A stretch of DNA of 50,294 nt from Candidatus Omnitrophota bacterium (GTDB taxonomy: Bacteria > Omnitrophota > Gorgyraeia > Zapsychrales > Fredricksoniimonadaceae): positions 1 to 50,294 of the forward strand of contig JBAXRK010000006.1 of the NCBI GenBank assembly GCA_037131245.1, written 5' to 3'. Made by a program: the position numbers and the translations under genes. How positions within the stretch are numbered: the stretch's first letter is position 1; every line of letters begins with the position of its first letter. The notes beneath the pieces are model-generated. The model made no database searches. It saw only the letters and a list, made by a program, of their open reading frames with translations, and was not told the origin of the DNA. Shown here piece by piece: positions 1-9,328 of this stretch.

Positions 1-54
1 AATCTGCAAACTCAATTTTTCCCCAACATGTCCAATCGATGCTGACGCTCTACA
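1..54. mobile_element. Probable terminal end of an insertion sequence abutting the enolase gene
   Basis: Positions 29-54 read TGTAGAGCGTCAGCATCGATTGGACA on the minus strand, a TG...GGACA pattern like IS3/IS481/IS21-type ends. Enolase similarity begins right after the terminal CA (53-54). No transposase is visible in the window. Confidence 0.4.
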
Positions 55-1178
55 ATATAAAGCGCTATGGGGGTAAAGGCGTATTAAAGGCTGTAGCAAA
101 TGTGAACGCTATTATTGCGAGGTCTTTTCAAAACAGAGATTTTTCTAGCCAGCGGGAACTGGACTATTTTTTAATAGAACTTGATGGGACCAAAAATAAG
201 GCTAAATTAGGCGCGAATGCGATTCTCGGTGTTTCTATGGCTTATGCCCGAGCAAAAGCACATTTCGAAAATATTCCTTTATATCAGTACTTAGGAAAAG
301 GCGATGCGGCCGTAATGCCCGTGCCATGTATGAATGTCATTAACGGCGGAAAACACGCCGACAATACGTTGGATTTTCAAGAGTTTATGATCGCGCCGCA
401 TCATGCGCCATCATTTACAGAGGCAATAAGAATGGGCGAAGATGTTTTTCATTCATTAAAATCAGTATTGAAAGCAAAAGGATTAAGTACGGGCGTTGGA
501 GATGAAGGCGGTTTTGCCCCAGATTTAAAATCGAATGAACAGGCGGTCGAAATGATCCTGGAGGCAATTACTAAGGCCGGGTACAAGCCTGGAACTGATG
601 TAAGTATATGTCTTGACCCTGCTGCCAGTGAAATGTGGGAGAACGGAAAGTACAAATTCTTCAAAAGCACTCAGAAGGTAGTATCGAGTGATGATATGGT
701 TAAACTTTGGGGAAGCTGGGTAAGCCAATATCCTATTGTTTTACTTGAGGATGGTTTAGCAGAGAACGACTGGGAGGGCTGGAAGAATCTTACTGATCTG
801 CTGGGGGAAAAGATCGAGATCGTAGGGGATGACATCTTTTGTACCAATAAGAGCATATTGGAAGAAGGAATAAGAAAGGGTGTTGCAAACTCGATCCTGA
901 TCAAACTTAATCAAATTGGGACGGTGACGGAAACACTGGAAACTATTGAAGTGGCTTACAAAAATTCATACAATTGCTTTGTTTCACATAGAAGTGGCGA
1001 AACAGTTGATTCCTTTATTTCAGACCTGACAGTGGCTGTCAATGCGGGGCATTTGAAGACAGGCAGCGGTTGTCGGGGGGAACGGGTTGAGAAGTTTAAT
1101 CAACTGATGAGGATCGAACATCAGTTAGGCGCTGCATCAACATTCGCAGGTATAAAGGCTTTTAAAAATTCAAAATGA
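55..1178 (+). pseudogene. eno: Enolase (phosphopyruvate hydratase), 5'-truncated
   Basis: Motifs KRYGGKGVLKAV, LGANAILGVS, NVINGGKHA, VGDEGGFAP, IKLNQIGT and SHRSGET are present. The N-terminal DSRGNPTVE/VPSGASTG/ELRD segment is missing; ORF 39..1178 starts with unrelated MLTLY. Confidence 0.8.
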
Positions 1179-1230
1179 TGCTTTAGGCCGTTTTTTCCTG
1201 ATATGGTCGGGGGCACAGGGAGGCATTTAA

Positions 1231-1268
1231 CCTCTTGTGATCGAAAGATCGCGAGGGGCTTTTCTTTT
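1231..1268 (+). terminator. Rho-independent terminator after eno
   Basis: Stem CCTCTTGTGATC-GAAA-GATCGCGAGGGG followed by CTTTTCTTTT. Confidence 0.75.
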
Positions 1269-1366
1269 GATTATTGTGGGAATGATTAGCGGTCTAGAAT
1301 ATAATTAAATTCAATGACCTGTGAAGTGGGACAGGTTAAACAATGGTTGTAAGGGGGGATGAAACA

Positions 1367-1618
1367 ATGAATCTTGATCAGATGCGCACCGTTTTGGCTA
1401 ATGAGCGGACATTTTTGGCGTATGTTCGCACCGCGTTATCATTGATGATCTTCGGGATGGCGGTGATCAAATTCTTCTCGGAACAGCACGCCATGCTCGT
1501 TTTGGGCTGGGTTGTCCTGGGTTTGGGCATTCTGCTCTTGATATGGGGCAGTATTCACTGCCGCCATCTTGCAAGGCTGATAAGCCGTGAGGGCGGTCGT
1601 TCAGGCGCAAATACGTAA
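1367..1618 (+). CDS. DUF202/YidH family inner membrane protein
   Basis: RTVLANERTFLAYVRTALSL signature and two hydrophobic helices. A G-rich RBS precedes ATG 1367. Confidence 0.85.
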   Translation: MNLDQMRTVLANERTFLAYVRTALSLMIFGMAVIKFFSEQHAMLVLGWVVLGLGILLLIWGSIHCRHLARLISREGGRSGANT

Positions 1619-1682
1619 GGGCGTGTGCTATTTGATGACTAATCTAAAGAGCAGTTTTATTAATGATATCCATGGAGGCTGT

Positions 1683-2198
1683 ATGAAACATATTTTCTTA
1701 ATCCCAGCGGTGTTCTTTTCTGTGGCGACGGCCGCGATGGCGGCGACAGGTACGGCGCTGATCACGGGCACAGGAGCGGGGTCCAAGATCGGCGGTGTTG
1801 TCACTTTTACCGAGGCGAATGGAGGTCTGACGATCCAGGCTAATGTGGTCAATGCTCCACCCGGCCAGCACGGGATCCATCTTCATGAGAATGCCAGTTG
1901 CGCCGAGGGCGGCAAGGCGGCGGGCGGGCATTTTAATCCTGATAAGGTTGCCCATGGGTATTTACCAAAAGACGGTAAAGAACATGCGCATGCCGGCGAT
2001 ATGGGGAATATTGCTGTTGACGCCCAGGGTAAAGGCAGTCTTAGCGTGTTCATGCCCGGCCTGACGCTGGGCAAAGGCGAACATTCCGTGGCAGGAAAGT
2101 CGGTGATCCTCCATGAGAAATCCGATGATTTCGGCCAACCTACCGGGAATGCCGGCGGACGTATCGGGTGCGGGGTCATCGAGGTCGTCGGGCAATGA
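1683..2198 (+). CDS. sodC: Cu/Zn superoxide dismutase, secreted
   Basis: Signal peptide; HGIHLHE, GGHFNP, HAGDMGNI, VILHEKSDD and GNAGGRIGCGVI motifs; GGAGG RBS before ATG 1683. Confidence 0.95.
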   Translation: MKHIFLIPAVFFSVATAAMAATGTALITGTGAGSKIGGVVTFTEANGGLTIQANVVNAPPGQHGIHLHENASCAEGGKAAGGHFNPDKVAHGYLPKDGKEHAHAGDMGNIAVDAQGKGSLSVFMPGLTLGKGEHSVAGKSVILHEKSDDFGQPTGNAGGRIGCGVIEVVGQ

Positions 2199-2323
2199 TG
2201 TTTTCTGCTTGCCGGATCTTTATCGCGATTTTTATTTTTGGGATGATGTTGTCTTGTCCCGCCTATGCTACGACGGCAAATGAATATAACAGGTATAATT
2301 GCCCCAGAAATCTAGACCACTAA
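2195..2323 (+). pseudogene. 5' fragment of a TPR-protein paralog (42 aa)
   Basis: Translates MMFSACRIFIAIFIFGMMLSCPAYATTANEYN-RYNCPRNLDH*. It matches the N-terminus of 3027..3569 (LLNCPAYATTAKEYN), then diverges. ATGA overlap with the sodC stop. Confidence 0.65.
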
Positions 2324-2367
2324 AACAGCGGCCAGAGATATAATCTGATCACAATTAGGATGTCCAG

Positions 2368-3024
2368 ATGGCCAAAGGGTTTACCTTAGTTGAGATCATC
2401 GTTGTTATTATTATCCTAGGGACGCTGGGAACGATCGCGGTGCCCCGGCTTGCCCAGCAGCAAGAGTCCGCCAGGGCTGGGGAAGCTGTTCAATTATTGG
2501 ACATGCTGCATCGCTCGCAAGATCGATGGGCGATCGAGCATCCGGAAGGGGGCCTGACTGATTGCGCCTCTTTGGATGTGACGCCAAGGGTCGGGAATTT
2601 TAGCCCGCCTGTTTGTTCGGATACCAGGATAGACCTGACGCGTCAGGGTGGGAGTTATACGATCTCGGTAGATCCTTCCGGCTGCTATTTCTGTTCGGGG
2701 AATTGTCCGGGGACACTTGCCAAAACCCTGCCTGTCGGCCCTGGGTGTGAGCGTATCACTATTGTTACAGCGACCTTTGGCGGAAATTGTGGTGTCGCTG
2801 CCGGTAATGTGACAACTTCGGTGGCTGGATTGTGCGATGGGACCAAGTCCTGTTCCTTTATTGAATCGGGGCCTTTTTGTGGAGGTGGTTTCTTCCCGGA
2901 TCCTGTGGTTGGCTGTTACAAGGATTTTTCTGTCAATTATGTTTGTTCTGGCGGCGTTGGCAAATCAGCTTACGCTCCTGCGCACCAATGTGAAGGGGAT
3001 ATGGTTGCTCTTGCCTGTCCTTAA
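2368..3024 (+). CDS. Type IV pilin-like protein with C-terminal SUEL-like (galactose/rhamnose-binding) lectin domain
   Basis: Prepilin cleavage motif KG|FTLVE. The Cys-rich C-terminus ITIVTATFG...LCDGTKSCSF...FPDPVVGCYKDFSVNYVC resembles SUEL lectins. Confidence 0.8.
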   Translation: MAKGFTLVEIIVVIIILGTLGTIAVPRLAQQQESARAGEAVQLLDMLHRSQDRWAIEHPEGGLTDCASLDVTPRVGNFSPPVCSDTRIDLTRQGGSYTISVDPSGCYFCSGNCPGTLAKTLPVGPGCERITIVTATFGGNCGVAAGNVTTSVAGLCDGTKSCSFIESGPFCGGGFFPDPVVGCYKDFSVNYVCSGGVGKSAYAPAHQCEGDMVALACP

Positions 3025-3026
3025 GG

Positions 3027-3569
3027 ATGCCCATGTGTTTTAATTTCGTTATGGTAGTGGCTTTTCTTCTTGGCGGGCTGCTCTTGAATTGTCCTGCTTA
3101 TGCCACAACAGCAAAGGAGTACAATGTAAGCGGGCTTGCTTATGGGGAAGAAGGCCAATTCCCCCAGGCTATCGCCGCGTTCACTCAAGCGATCGTGATG
3201 GATCCTAATTTCGAAAAAGCCTACAACAACAGGGGGGTTGTTTACTATAAACAAGGTGATATAACGCACGCCATCTTTGATTTTGACGAGGCGCTCGCGA
3301 TTAACCCTGATTATGTGGATGCGTATTGTAATCGCGGCCTGGCTTATGGCAAGCAGGGGGAATCAGCACAGGCGATCATTGATTTTACCAAGGCGATCCA
3401 GACGGATGTGATGTTTACCAAGGCTTATGTGAACCGCGCGGTGGCGTATTTTGACGCGCAGGATTATGACAATGCCTGGGCCGATGTGCACCGGGCGGAA
3501 CAATTGGGGAATATCATCAGTCCGGGGTTCCTGGATGCTTTGAAAAAGGAGTCGGGACGGGATAAATGA
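3027..3569 (+). CDS. Secreted tetratricopeptide repeat protein
   Basis: Signal peptide; repeated AYNNRG/AYCNRG/AYVNRA TPR units. Confidence 0.9.
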   Translation: MPMCFNFVMVVAFLLGGLLLNCPAYATTAKEYNVSGLAYGEEGQFPQAIAAFTQAIVMDPNFEKAYNNRGVVYYKQGDITHAIFDFDEALAINPDYVDAYCNRGLAYGKQGESAQAIIDFTKAIQTDVMFTKAYVNRAVAYFDAQDYDNAWADVHRAEQLGNIISPGFLDALKKESGRDK

Positions 3570-4171
3570 ACCTGCTCACCCCCAAAATGATTTTTAGCAC
3601 GGTCATGTGCGATGAGCGGACTTGCTTGTGGTTCAGGCGGTTGCTGTTACAACCGATGGTTGTGGAGCGCCTTAAGGGTTCGCCCGTGGCCGGGAGTGGC
3701 ATGGGGCAATATCGGCTCCATACAGGGCTTACGGCGGCAGTGCTTGTTTTAGCGGCAGGCCTATTTTTAACAGGGATATTCTTTTTCCATGGTCATGTGA
3801 TCATTTGGGCTGCTATCGCAGCTGTTGCGGTTATCGGTTCTGTCCCGCTCATGATCAGGGCACGTCGCGGTCTGGCGGCACTGGCGGTTGACCTTTATAC
3901 GCTCGATCAGGAGGCTATTCCGGCCGGGGCGACGCTTTATCAGTTGGGCGAATTCTACGCGCGGAAGTATGGTGGGCCGTCGCTGGTCCAGGTGATCTGG
4001 GTATGGGATCAGGTGCTCAGGGATGCTCTTTTGCTTTTATTTGTGATGACGTTAGGCGTTTATTTCCTGCCGGCGTGGCTGTCTTTCTTCCTGATCGCGG
4101 GGGGTTGCGGCGTGGTAGCGTGCGTGGTTAAAGTGGTTCTTCTTAAGGGTGGTAGTAAACGATCTCCATGA
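3566..4171 (+). CDS. Hypothetical membrane protein (paralog of 21868..22476)
   Basis: About four hydrophobic segments; ATGA coupling to the TPR gene; shares motifs with 21868..22476. Confidence 0.7.
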   Translation: MNLLTPKMIFSTVMCDERTCLWFRRLLLQPMVVERLKGSPVAGSGMGQYRLHTGLTAAVLVLAAGLFLTGIFFFHGHVIIWAAIAAVAVIGSVPLMIRARRGLAALAVDLYTLDQEAIPAGATLYQLGEFYARKYGGPSLVQVIWVWDQVLRDALLLLFVMTLGVYFLPAWLSFFLIAGGCGVVACVVKVVLLKGGSKRSP

Positions 4172-6101
4172 CGATCCCCAAGGCCAGCAGGATCCGTCCT
4201 GTCAGGGATGTGGTGAAGAGGAAAAAGAAAGAGATCAGTGAGAACGCGTTCTGAAGGAACCAGGAGCTTTTGAGCCGGGGGGTTTCCACCACCTGGCGGA
4301 AAAGGTCATATTGGCGCCAGTTAAGGTTGAGTAGTTTTTCATCGTTGACGCATTCATCGAAGTAGCGCGACCCCGGTAGGGGCGTCAGGAAGGTTACGAC
4401 GGTAAAGGCCGGCGATAGCCTGAAACAGAACCACCATAACCGCAGTAGCGAGCGCCAGGAATCCCCCGGAAAACCGAAAATAAATTGCCCCTGGATCAGG
4501 AGCCCTTTCTGTTTTAGTTTCTTTGTCAGTTCCATGTAATTCTTGGCATGGGCGAATTTCCCTTTCATGTCGGTCGTTGACCCTGCGTCGATCTCGTAGC
4601 CGATCAATAACTGAAAACAGCCAGATTCTTTCATGAGGCGCAGGGCTTCGTCGTCTTTAGCAATATCAATACTGGTAGAGCCTGCCCACAAGCATCTTAG
4701 CGGCTTCATGGCGCCAAAAAGTTCTTTCGCGTAGTCCGGGTCTTCATAAATATTATTGTCGATGAAGGTCACCGGCATTCTCGCGGCGGCTACTTTTTCA
4801 ATGAGGGGAAGCAGGTCGGCGACCGTTTTCTTGACCTGGACGCCTTTAGACAGGGCGGTGGCGCTGCAGAAATAGCAGTTGAATTTACACCCCGGGCTAG
4901 CCTGCAGGCAGTCATTGATGATCCCGGGTGGTTCTTTAAGCATGAATTGGTGAACGCGCAGGGAATCTTCTGTTCTGCAGCGGCCTTGATAGAGGCGTTG
5001 GAGGCGGTTGTTCTCGTAATCGCTGATGATCTCGGCCCAGACGCTTTCCGCCGGCCCCACCACAACGCTATCGCAGAATTCGAGCGCTTCCTCAGGGAAG
5101 AAGGTGACGTGCGGGCCGCCGAGGATGACGTTGGCTCCCCGCTTCCGGAATTCGCCAGCCATCTGGTAGGCGGCGGCACAGTTCGTGGTAAAACAGGTGA
5201 TAGCGACCAGTGCCTTATCCCGGTAAAAATGTTCCCGCCAGGTCACCCGGTTGTATTCGATGATCCGATAGTCGGCGGGTGTCAGGGCTTTAAGCACGGT
5301 AAAGAAGGGAGGATAGCGGCGCATGACGACCGGTGAAAAAGCTTCGGCCCGCAGGCTGCCGGCCGAGGGATTGATCAGGATCAGCGTTTTGGGAGAGTTG
5401 AAGTGTTCGGCTACTTCCGGATAGGCCGCCGAGAATATGGAAGCGGACAGGGAGAAGATCAGAAAATGGTTCAGGTTTTGCAGGATCTCAATGAGCGGGT
5501 TGATGAGTGGAAGATTCCAGGTTTTCACGCTGAGCCAGTGCAAGCCCAGCGAAAGCAGTGTGAACATTATCCCGTAGATAACCAGGCCGCCCGACCAGAA
5601 AATATCATTGATAGGGCGCTGGCACAAATGTTTGTATTTGATCTTGAAGAATTCGCCCGCGGCCCAGTAAGCGATAAAAACATAAAGGAGGCAGGTCAGG
5701 AGCGCAATAGAATAAGTTTCCTGTCCGGTAAGCAGGAATACCAGTATATGAACGATCCAGGGGATCAAGAGGGCGGTGGCTACGATCCACCAGCCCTTGG
5801 CCAGGTTGGATCTGAAGTTTTCCAGCCGCGGGATAGGGCTCTCTCCGGCTACGATCTCAACAATAAGCCCCCAGAGCCAGCACATAAGAACAGCTCCGGC
5901 AATACGCTGAAGACCCGGGTCGACGATCGTATAGAAAGGGCGTGGCGCGCCCCATGACCGGGTAAAGCCGACATGGTCGAGAAAATATAGGGCCATGGCT
6001 GGTACCCAGAGGGTGCCGGCGATCTGGATCGCTCGTTTGAGGGGCTGCGTTTCTCCGGGCATTGGTGTTTTCAAGATACTTGATGTTACCGGCGTCGTCA
6101 A
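4143..6101 (-). CDS. B12-binding radical SAM enzyme with N-terminal multi-TM domain
   Basis: Hydrophobic N-terminal ~230 aa; B12-binding-like VAITCFTT...VILGGPHVT...VVVGPAE; CKFNCYFC radical SAM motif. The exact start is uncertain. Confidence 0.88.
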   Translation of the reverse strand: MTTPVTSSILKTPMPGETQPLKRAIQIAGTLWVPAMALYFLDHVGFTRSWGAPRPFYTIVDPGLQRIAGAVLMCWLWGLIVEIVAGESPIPRLENFRSNLAKGWWIVATALLIPWIVHILVFLLTGQETYSIALLTCLLYVFIAYWAAGEFFKIKYKHLCQRPINDIFWSGGLVIYGIMFTLLSLGLHWLSVKTWNLPLINPLIEILQNLNHFLIFSLSASIFSAAYPEVAEHFNSPKTLILINPSAGSLRAEAFSPVVMRRYPPFFTVLKALTPADYRIIEYNRVTWREHFYRDKALVAITCFTTNCAAAYQMAGEFRKRGANVILGGPHVTFFPEEALEFCDSVVVGPAESVWAEIISDYENNRLQRLYQGRCRTEDSLRVHQFMLKEPPGIINDCLQASPGCKFNCYFCSATALSKGVQVKKTVADLLPLIEKVAAARMPVTFIDNNIYEDPDYAKELFGAMKPLRCLWAGSTSIDIAKDDEALRLMKESGCFQLLIGYEIDAGSTTDMKGKFAHAKNYMELTKKLKQKGLLIQGQFIFGFPGDSWRSLLRLWWFCFRLSPAFTVVTFLTPLPGSRYFDECVNDEKLLNLNWRQYDLFRQVVETPRLKSSWFLQNAFSLISFFFLFTTSLTGRILLALGIVMEIVYYHP

Positions 6102-6265
6102 AGGCTATTTGGGCTTGCCGTGGTTTGTACAAATTTGACGGGACGAGATGCGGATTTGATTGTATTATGACGGAGAAGATAGGTGGGCTTTCCCTGGTAT
6201 TAGCTGGTATACTTGTTTTGGGGGATCGCTCTGGTAGTGAACAGGTGTTGGAAAAGGAGCAAGCT

Positions 6266-6670
6266 ATGGAACGATCCCAGCGTGGTTTTACCCTTCCGGA
6301 AGTTCTTGTATCAGCTGCGATCTTGGCCTATTGCCTTTCCGCGTTGCTCGCGACTTTTATCAATAGCGCCGCCCTCAATGATTCCACCCGCAATTTGATG
6401 CGCGCCACGACCCATGCTGAATTTGTTATGGAAAATATCAAGGCTACCGCGTTCGCGGCTATTCCGAGCAATCATAACGGGGCGCAGTGGGACACCTGGA
6501 CGCTCAATACGGCCGCGGTCAATGCCGCGGGCATGGCGGCGCTTAACACGGAAGCGATCACGACCACGTTAACGGGAACCAATCCGATCGATGTGACGGT
6601 CACGGTCACATGGCATGACTTAAGAGGAAGGAGCCGGTCAACAGTACTTCGGACGTTGATCTCAGGATGA
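6266..6670 (+). CDS. Minor pilin / pseudopilin (PilV-like)
   Basis: RG|FTLPEV prepilin motif; AAGGAG RBS before ATG 6266; C-terminal VTVTVTW strand. Confidence 0.85.
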   Translation: MERSQRGFTLPEVLVSAAILAYCLSALLATFINSAALNDSTRNLMRATTHAEFVMENIKATAFAAIPSNHNGAQWDTWTLNTAAVNAAGMAALNTEAITTTLTGTNPIDVTVTVTWHDLRGRSRSTVLRTLISG

Positions 6671-7137
6671 AGAACGCGCGCGGCTACACATTACTGGAAA
6701 TTTTATTTACGGTGGCCATTTTCTCCGTGGTCATTTTGGGGGTTTACGGGGTACTGCTGACCGGCGACATCGTTTTTAACAAGGACATGACGCTGTTGGA
6801 AATGGAGTCCCAATCCCGTAACGCCATCGACCGTATTGTCCGGGAGGTTCGCCAGGCTTCATCACAGGTGATCACGGCCAATTATAACGGGACGACGAAT
6901 GACAAGATCCTGTTCACGACGCCGTCATATGCCGGGGTCCAGTATTATTTGAGCGGGACGGCCTTGGTGAGGGAATATCCGGCCGGCACTGTTGTCAAGC
7001 TGGCATCGAATATAAATTTGTTGAAATTCACGCTGGTCGGGTCATTATTGACCATTCAAACGCAGGCCAGCCAAACGCTTTATAACAGTGCGGTCACCTT
7101 TCCATTGATTGAGAAAGTGAGGCTTCGCAATGAATAA
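6667..7137 (+). CDS. Minor pilin / pseudopilin (PilW-like)
   Basis: RG|YTLLE motif, RIVREVRQA helix and C-terminal VRLRN; ATGA coupling. Confidence 0.85.
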   Translation: MKNARGYTLLEILFTVAIFSVVILGVYGVLLTGDIVFNKDMTLLEMESQSRNAIDRIVREVRQASSQVITANYNGTTNDKILFTTPSYAGVQYYLSGTALVREYPAGTVVKLASNINLLKFTLVGSLLTIQTQASQTLYNSAVTFPLIEKVRLRNE

Positions 7138-8359
7138 TAAAGGGTCTTTAGCCATTACGGTCATGGTTATATTTGTGCTTTCAGCTTTAAGCGCCGCGTT
7201 CCTGATGCGTGGCGTTGCCGAGCGCTGGAATACGGGTAGGGTCGTTAAATCTTCTGCCGCTTTGTGGGCGGCCGAAGCCGGCGTACAGAAAGCGATGTGG
7301 GAAAATGTTTATAATAATTGTGCCGGGATGACCCGGACGGCGGGCAATACGCTGTGTAACGGGAATAAGACCATGGCCGGGACTTTGGCCGGTTACGGGG
7401 ATTATGATGTGACTCTCGATAGCACCAATGCGATCATTCAGTCGGTGGGGTCTGTTCCAAGCCGCACGGATCCCAAAAAGGTCACGCGGCGGGTCCAGGC
7501 GAACCTGGCCAAGCCGGCGATCTTTGCTTTCGGCATGTTTGCGCAAGGTAAGGTTACGGTCAGCAATAATGCGCTGGTGGATGCGTTTAATTCCAGTACC
7601 GGGATTTACGGCGGGACGAATATCGACCATAGTCACGGCAGTGTCGGCAGCAACGGGACGTCGGCCGGTATTGTCGAGGTCGACAATAACGCCAATGTCT
7701 GGGGCGATGTCTCAACCGGGCCGGGCGGTTCGGTGACGAACAGTGGGAATATTCACGGGCAGATCACGAATGCGAACAGTGTTGCTTTACCGGCGGTGGT
7801 TGTGCCGGCGACGTTAACAGGTTTGGCCAGTCAAGGAGCGTTGACTCTCGGGCAGAAGGGGACGCGGACACTGACTGCAGGCGATTATAAATATTCCAAT
7901 ATCAGCCTGGGCAATAAAGCGGTACTTACGATCAGCGGGAATGTGCGGTTATATCTGACCGGGGATGCGTCAAAGAATGCCCTTGTGTCGGGCAACGCTT
8001 CAGAAACCACGATCAGTGTCGCGTCGGGCGGCAGCCTGACGATCTACACGGATGGGGTCGTGAATCTGAACAATAACAACGTGATCAATACTCTTTCCCA
8101 GAAACCAAAAGATTTCTTGATCTACAGTACTTACACGGGAGCTAACGGGGTTGCGGTTAGTAACAATGCTACGTCTTATATGGCAATCTACGCCCCTCAA
8201 ACGGATGTGAGCGCCAGCAATAATGCCGGGCTCTACGGGGCGGTGGTTGGGAAAACGGCGTCCCTCAACAATAACGGTGATATTCATTTTGACATGGCTT
8301 TGGCCGGCTTGGCTAATCCGTTTGAAAGTGTGATCGTGACGAATTGGCGGGAGTATTAA
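7130..8359 (+). CDS. PilX-like minor pilin with Asn/Gly-rich beta-solenoid C-terminal domain
   Basis: NNKGSLAI N-terminus lacking Glu5, AAEAGVQKA motif, repeated xSNNAxx strands, IYAPQTDV...GAVVGK...IHFD and C-terminal WRE. Confidence 0.8.
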   Translation: MNNKGSLAITVMVIFVLSALSAAFLMRGVAERWNTGRVVKSSAALWAAEAGVQKAMWENVYNNCAGMTRTAGNTLCNGNKTMAGTLAGYGDYDVTLDSTNAIIQSVGSVPSRTDPKKVTRRVQANLAKPAIFAFGMFAQGKVTVSNNALVDAFNSSTGIYGGTNIDHSHGSVGSNGTSAGIVEVDNNANVWGDVSTGPGGSVTNSGNIHGQITNANSVALPAVVVPATLTGLASQGALTLGQKGTRTLTAGDYKYSNISLGNKAVLTISGNVRLYLTGDASKNALVSGNASETTISVASGGSLTIYTDGVVNLNNNNVINTLSQKPKDFLIYSTYTGANGVAVSNNATSYMAIYAPQTDVSASNNAGLYGAVVGKTASLNNNGDIHFDMALAGLANPFESVIVTNWREY

Positions 8360-8371
8360 GCAGAACTCGGT

Positions 8372-9328
8372 TCAATCGGCCGTTTGAGCCAGTACGGCCG
8401 CCAGGTAGCTTTCTTGCATCAGACCGCTTCCGGCAAAGTCTTCATCTTGCTCGAAGCGGCTTTCTTTTGTGATCGTGCGCGTCCCGGCGGCTTCCAGGAT
8501 CATATTGGTCAGATTCTCATGGCCCATCAGGCTGTAATTGCTGGCCACGAAAATAGCCCCTCCCGGGTTTAAGACTTTCATCGCGGATTTGATCAGCGGC
8601 GCCAGGTCTTTCTTGACGCTGAAAGAGCGCCCTTCGTAGCGGGCGAATGAAGGGGGGTCGAGGATGATCAGATCGAAGCGATTATCTTTTTTGATCGCGC
8701 GTTCCAGGTATTCCACGGCGTCGGCCTTGATGAATTCATTGGGAGCCGCGGCCAGGTTATTAAGCTCGTAATTCTTGCGCCCGCGTTCCAGGCCTTTGCG
8801 GCTGACATCCACATTGACCACGATCCCCGCGCCTCCAGCCCGGCAGTGAACACCGAAAGAGCAGGTATAAGCGAAGCAGTTAAGCACCTTGCGGTCACGC
8901 GCTAAAGCCGCGACGGTTGCCCGGTTGTGGCGCATATCGAGGAACAAGCCGCTGTTAAGGGTGTCATTAAGGTCCACGCAAAATTTCAGGCCATTCTCTT
9001 CAACGATCGTTTGCGATGTGCCATTATCAAGCCAGACCGCGGCGCGGAAGGCGCCGGGTTCCGCGGAAGCTGAAGCGGTGCGGTCTTTAACAATAAAGTA
9101 TTCAGCCGCCAGGCGGGTTTTCAGGAATTCCAGGATAGCCGGGCAATGCTGATGCCATTCATTTTCGAAGATCTGCGCGACAAAGTGGCGATCGTACTGC
9201 TCGAGGATCAGCCCTTCCATGGCGTCGCCGAAGCCGTTGACCAGCCGACGGGCATTGGTCAGGGCGCTTAACGGGGCGCGTTTCGTGATGGCTTTTGCCA
9301 GGAGTTCTATTGCCTGCGGTGTGGTCAT
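8372..9328 (-). CDS. Class I SAM-dependent rRNA methyltransferase (RlmI/RlmK-like)
   Basis: GLFLDMRHNR, VLNCFAYTCSFG and DLIILDPPSF motifs. Confidence 0.85.
   Translation of the reverse strand: MTTPQAIELLAKAITKRAPLSALTNARRLVNGFGDAMEGLILEQYDRHFVAQIFENEWHQHCPAILEFLKTRLAAEYFIVKDRTASASAEPGAFRAAVWLDNGTSQTIVEENGLKFCVDLNDTLNSGLFLDMRHNRATVAALARDRKVLNCFAYTCSFGVHCRAGGAGIVVNVDVSRKGLERGRKNYELNNLAAAPNEFIKADAVEYLERAIKKDNRFDLIILDPPSFARYEGRSFSVKKDLAPLIKSAMKVLNPGGAIFVASNYSLMGHENLTNMILEAAGTRTITKESRFEQDEDFAGSGLMQESYLAAVLAQTAD

Noticed and set aside
6062-6265. N-terminal extension of the PilV-like ORF in the ORF track
   Set aside because: The RBS and prepilin motif place the start at 6266. Similar over-extensions were trimmed for sodC, GH26, SPFH, msrA and TM1266.
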